Source: Candidatus Latescibacterota bacterium (lineage in GTDB: Bacteria > Latescibacterota > UBA2968 > UBA8231). From it: a stretch of 64,000 nt of DNA. The stretch is from assembly GCA_965223905.1 (NCBI GenBank), contig CBDCXV010000001.1, positions 1-64,000 of the forward strand, in the 5' to 3' direction. Position numbers and translations under genes: made by a program. The notes beneath the pieces were generated by a model that was not told where the DNA came from, made no database searches, and was given only the letters and a program-made list of their open reading frames with translations. Of this stretch, positions 60,586-64,000 are shown in pieces (the stretch's first letter is position 1; the number at the start of each line of letters is the position of its first letter).

Positions 60586-62631
60586 TCAGCCCAGCTCCCT
60601 GGGCACGGTGACCCTCCAGCTCTTGTCGAAGCAGCGGTCGCCGTCGACGGTCACTACCACTTCGGACGAAAAATGGTAGCACTCCGCGTCGCTGCTCAGG
60701 ACCTCCTTCGCCTCGACGACGATTCTCTTGTCCGGATGCGGCGCTTCGTACAGGTAGCTGCCCTTCAGCACGGTTTCGGCCGGGTTTTTCGGCGACACCG
60801 TATAAGTTGAACGCGCCCGCCCAGGGACAGCGCGACCGGTCCCGTCCCTCTCCAGGGTGGCGGTCACGGTGCCGGCGACGTGGTCGTGGGTGATCTCGTG
60901 CCGGTGGACGGGAAGGTCCTCCATCGTCGCCGGGAAATGCGGCGAGGGCTCGAACCGTGGCACCGGCAGGGACGAAGTTCGCGCCGGGGTCAGCGGCAGC
61001 ACCACGTGGGACGGGCGGTCCCGGCCGCAGTGAACGCTGTTGACCGCCGGGAACGGGGTGGGCCAAGCGTTCTGAAAATCGGCGCTGGCGACGCTCAGGC
61101 GAATGCGGTGGCCCTGCTCGAACAGGTAGGAGACGTACTTCATGTCGATGCGCAGCTCGTAGACCTCCCCCGGTTCCATCGGCTCGGGGCGGGTATGCGA
61201 GGTCCGGTGCGTCCCCAGCAGGCCGCCGTCGGTCAGCCACTTCGAGGTGCCGTCCGGGGCGACGTCGGTAAGCTTCACGTGGAAGTACGCGGTCTTCGCG
61301 CTGGAGGAAACGTGCAGCACCGCCACGGGATTGCCGGTTACCTCGAGATCCCCCTCCAGCGGCGGCGTGGTCCAGGTCAGCGACAGGGCCTCATCGAGCC
61401 GCTGGTCGACCGGCATGGCCCAGGGCATGATGCCGCCGCCCCAGTAGATGCCGGCGGTGATGCCGACCGCCGGGTTGTAGACGTGCTCGCTGGCGGAACG
61501 CTCGCAGTCCGGCACCTCGCGGCCGAGCTCTCCGCCGGGTTGAAAGTAGAAGGGGGTCTCCTGGTTTCTCGACGGCGGCCACTCCTCCTCCGATCTCCAG
61601 AACCCGGCGTCCTCCAAGTACATGTGCGCCGCCGGCTCCTTGTAGCGGCGCACGAACAGGGAGACCGCCGGCTCTTCCATGACCCCGGTCTCCTCCTCCT
61701 TCAGCCAGCGGTCGTACCACTTCAGCATCTCGTGGCGGAAGTCGATCCGGGGACCGGGCAGCGCGTCTTCCGGCCAGTAGTGGCCCCATGGACCGAGCAG
61801 GATCTTTTTGGGGACGTCCAGCTCGGAAAATGCCCGCAGGATCGGGGTCGGGTAGGGGTCGGCCCAGCCGCACCAGAACAGCACCGGGACCTCGATGCGG
61901 CCGTAGTCCGGCTGCAGGGAACGCTCCTTCCAGTAGGGTCCCTGCAATGGATGGGAGATGTAGCCGATTCCCCAGGGGACGTTGTTCTCCAGCCGCTCCT
62001 GCCACAGCTCTTCCCACAGCCGCCCGGCAATCTCGACGTCGGGGGGAGCGAAGTTGTAGGCCGCCATCAGCGGCGAGTAGCTGTCGAACATGTAGGGCCG
62101 GATCGAGCCGCCCGGGTGGGTCCAGTCGAGGTAGACGTCCGTGTTCGAGGATCCCATCACCAGGGTCCTGAGATGAGGCGGCCTCTGCGCCGCCACCTGC
62201 CACTGCACCACCCCGCCGTAGGACATGCCCCACATGCCCACGGCGCCGCTGCACCAGGGCTGGGCGGCGACCCATTCCACCGCTTCGTACCCGTCCCGCC
62301 GTTCCCGCTGCGAGTAGATGTCGATGCTCGAGCCCCCCGAGTTGCCGGTGCCGCGGACGTCGAAGCAGACCACGGCGTAACCGCGGCGGGCGAACCAGGC
62401 GGGACCGTGCCGGCGGTGGTCGTACCCGCTCTCGGATACGCCGGCTTCTATGCGGGTGAGTCGGCGGTAGGGATGATACTCGACGATCGCCGGGAATTCC
62501 CCGGGTGCGTCGGGACGGGCGACCACCGCCGCCAGCTCGACGCCGTCGCTCATCGGCATGCGCACCCGGCGGTCCAGCTTCACCTCGTAGTCGGCCCCGG
62601 ATACGGGCAGGCTCTGTCGGTTCATTGTCAC
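60586..62631 (-). CDS. CocE/NonD family hydrolase
   Basis: MSDGVELA, DVRGTGNSGG, GMSYGG, GPWGH, and a PepX_C-like C-terminus. Confidence 0.92.
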   Translation of the reverse strand: MTMNRQSLPVSGADYEVKLDRRVRMPMSDGVELAAVVARPDAPGEFPAIVEYHPYRRLTRIEAGVSESGYDHRRHGPAWFARRGYAVVCFDVRGTGNSGGSSIDIYSQRERRDGYEAVEWVAAQPWCSGAVGMWGMSYGGVVQWQVAAQRPPHLRTLVMGSSNTDVYLDWTHPGGSIRPYMFDSYSPLMAAYNFAPPDVEIAGRLWEELWQERLENNVPWGIGYISHPLQGPYWKERSLQPDYGRIEVPVLFWCGWADPYPTPILRAFSELDVPKKILLGPWGHYWPEDALPGPRIDFRHEMLKWYDRWLKEEETGVMEEPAVSLFVRRYKEPAAHMYLEDAGFWRSEEEWPPSRNQETPFYFQPGGELGREVPDCERSASEHVYNPAVGITAGIYWGGGIMPWAMPVDQRLDEALSLTWTTPPLEGDLEVTGNPVAVLHVSSSAKTAYFHVKLTDVAPDGTSKWLTDGGLLGTHRTSHTRPEPMEPGEVYELRIDMKYVSYLFEQGHRIRLSVASADFQNAWPTPFPAVNSVHCGRDRPSHVVLPLTPARTSSLPVPRFEPSPHFPATMEDLPVHRHEITHDHVAGTVTATLERDGTGRAVPGRARSTYTVSPKNPAETVLKGSYLYEAPHPDKRIVVEAKEVLSSDAECYHFSSEVVVTVDGDRCFDKSWRVTVPRELG

Positions 62632-63146
62632 CCTTGCTTGTCCGCGCCCCTATGCCGGGCACCTCCGGGCTGTCCACGTTCGCCCTTGAGCCATTCTTTG
62701 ATTCGATCCGCCTGCTCTGTTCTTCCCAGTTTTCGGTAAGCCTGCTCCTCGTGCTTCAAGGACACCACAGGCAGCCTCGTGCCTTCGAATAGGACGAATT
62801 GACGGTGCTGTTCCACGGCAACCGGGAGATCCCAGGTGCCGTCCGGATTCTTCTTCTGTAACGCGCCCATTACCTCGACTTTCACGCCATCTATTTCCAG
62901 CTCTCCCCAATGCGAGGCGATTTTCTCCGACACGAAGAGTTGGACCCCGCGAACTACGTTCCCGGGAAAAGCCTTCTCGATGTCGTAGGCACCGGAGGCT
63001 TCGGTCTGAAGGTCGATGTCGTTGACTGCGATTTTCATCCCCTGGAGGGCGAAGCCGAGGCTGCCGATGACTGCCCAGACGACCTCGGTTTCCTGAAGCT
63101 TGTTGCAGATGATTTTCAGGGCTCGCCAATGTCGCGAGGAAATCAT
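62628..63146 (-). CDS. Nucleotidyltransferase-family protein
   Basis: WAVIGSLGFALQG...NDIDL (GS..DxD), GVKVEVM and L..E..AY..LGR. Confidence 0.8.
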   Translation of the reverse strand: MISSRHWRALKIICNKLQETEVVWAVIGSLGFALQGMKIAVNDIDLQTEASGAYDIEKAFPGNVVRGVQLFVSEKIASHWGELEIDGVKVEVMGALQKKNPDGTWDLPVAVEQHRQFVLFEGTRLPVVSLKHEEQAYRKLGRTEQADRIKEWLKGERGQPGGARHRGADKQG

Positions 63147-64000
63147 CAACCTATCGCGACCGCGTCCTCCGCTCCCCGCAGGGAACGCTTCCCGGCGTCG
63201 ACCACCTGCAGCGCCCGCAGCCCGTCCCGCTGGTCGACGCTGAACGGCCCCCCGTTCCGGCACTGCTCGACGAAGTGGGCGATCTCCGCCGAATACGCCG
63301 GGCCGAAGCGCTCGATGAACACCGGCACCTCGCGGCCGTAGTCGCGCATGCGGAAGACCTTTCGCTCGATGACGCTGCCGCGGCCGTAGGCCTCGAACCG
63401 CACCTCGAGCGGGTTCTCCTGGAAGTGGCCGACCTGGATCACCCCCTCGTCGCCGTAGACGCAGGTCTCGTTGCGGTAGCCGGCGACGTGGTTGCGGCTC
63501 ACCTGGACCTGGGCGATCGCGTCCTCCTCCAGCCACATCTGGATGAAGGCGTCGTCGAAGTCCTCGGCGACGGAGCTGACCTTCTGGTTGTGCAGCCGCG
63601 CCCCCATGCCGGTCACCGAGCGCGGCATCTTGCCGGTGAGCCAGATGACCTCGTCGGCGTTGTGGACCGCCATGTCGCTGAGCAGGCCGGGGCTGCTGTA
63701 TCCCTCGGGCGGGCCGTGGGGGTCCTCGAGGACGGAGACGATCTTGAAGACCTTGCCGATGCGCTCTTCTGCCAGCAGCTCCCTGGCGCGCAGCAGCGGC
63801 GCGTCGAAGCGGCGCATGAAGGCCAGCATCAACGCCTGCCGGCGGCGCGCGTCCCCGTCGAGCCAGGCGGCGAACTCGCGCGACGTTTCCAGCGAGTGGG
63901 TGAGCGGCTTCTCCAGCAGTACCCGCTGCCCGGCGTCGATCAGGGTCCTGGCGTCGCGGTAGTGGTCGGCGGTGCGGGAGGCGATCACCGCGGCGTCCGC
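63146..64000 (-). CDS. Gfo/Idh/MocA oxidoreductase (inositol dehydrogenase-like), 5' end outside window
   Basis: LLEKPL, FMRRFD and DMAVH. Confidence 0.88.
   Translation of the reverse strand, partial: ADAAVIASRTADHYRDARTLIDAGQRVLLEKPLTHSLETSREFAAWLDGDARRRQALMLAFMRRFDAPLLRARELLAEERIGKVFKIVSVLEDPHGPPEGYSSPGLLSDMAVHNADEVIWLTGKMPRSVTGMGARLHNQKVSSVAEDFDDAFIQMWLEEDAIAQVQVSRNHVAGYRNETCVYGDEGVIQVGHFQENPLEVRFEAYGRGSVIERKVFRMRDYGREVPVFIERFGPAYSAEIAHFVEQCRNGGPFSVDQRDGLRALQVVDAGKRSLRGAEDAVAIG

Noticed and set aside
1-64000. CRISPR arrays, tRNA or rRNA genes
   Set aside because: No regularly spaced direct repeats, cloverleaf or rRNA signatures were seen by eye.

Overview
GC-rich bacterial DNA. Five PhyH-family dioxygenases, a DUF6785-type membrane protein, a DUF5686 outer-membrane protein, a sulfatase, and kelch and ankyrin proteins suggest an FCB-group or Poribacteria-like organism, possibly a sponge symbiont (inference only). 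Most of the window is carbohydrate and catabolic genes plus ahcY. Many genes carry frameshifts or deletion scars, from decay or assembly error. AT-richer accessory blocks hold: a degraded HD-phosphohydrolase/YwgA-like pair; an Ec67-type retron (msr-msd with a perfect 10-bp a1/a2 repeat, RT-TOPRIM fusion) followed by a TIR gene; a TIR/MTase/broken-REase block; two VapBC modules; and a broken truncated-globin-ankyrin fusion. The most striking find is missed by the ORF track. At 54520-55185 (-), one reading frame runs from a signal peptide through two in-frame TGA codons spaced as U-V-G-U-P (a CxxC-like UxxU motif). A SECIS-like hairpin follows, and the frame continues into a beta-barrel-like domain ending in Phe. 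A secreted YHS+TlpA (WCKPC) thioredoxin gene starts 12 nt downstream. This is a candidate double-selenocysteine outer-membrane redox system. All calls were made by eye; no searches were run.
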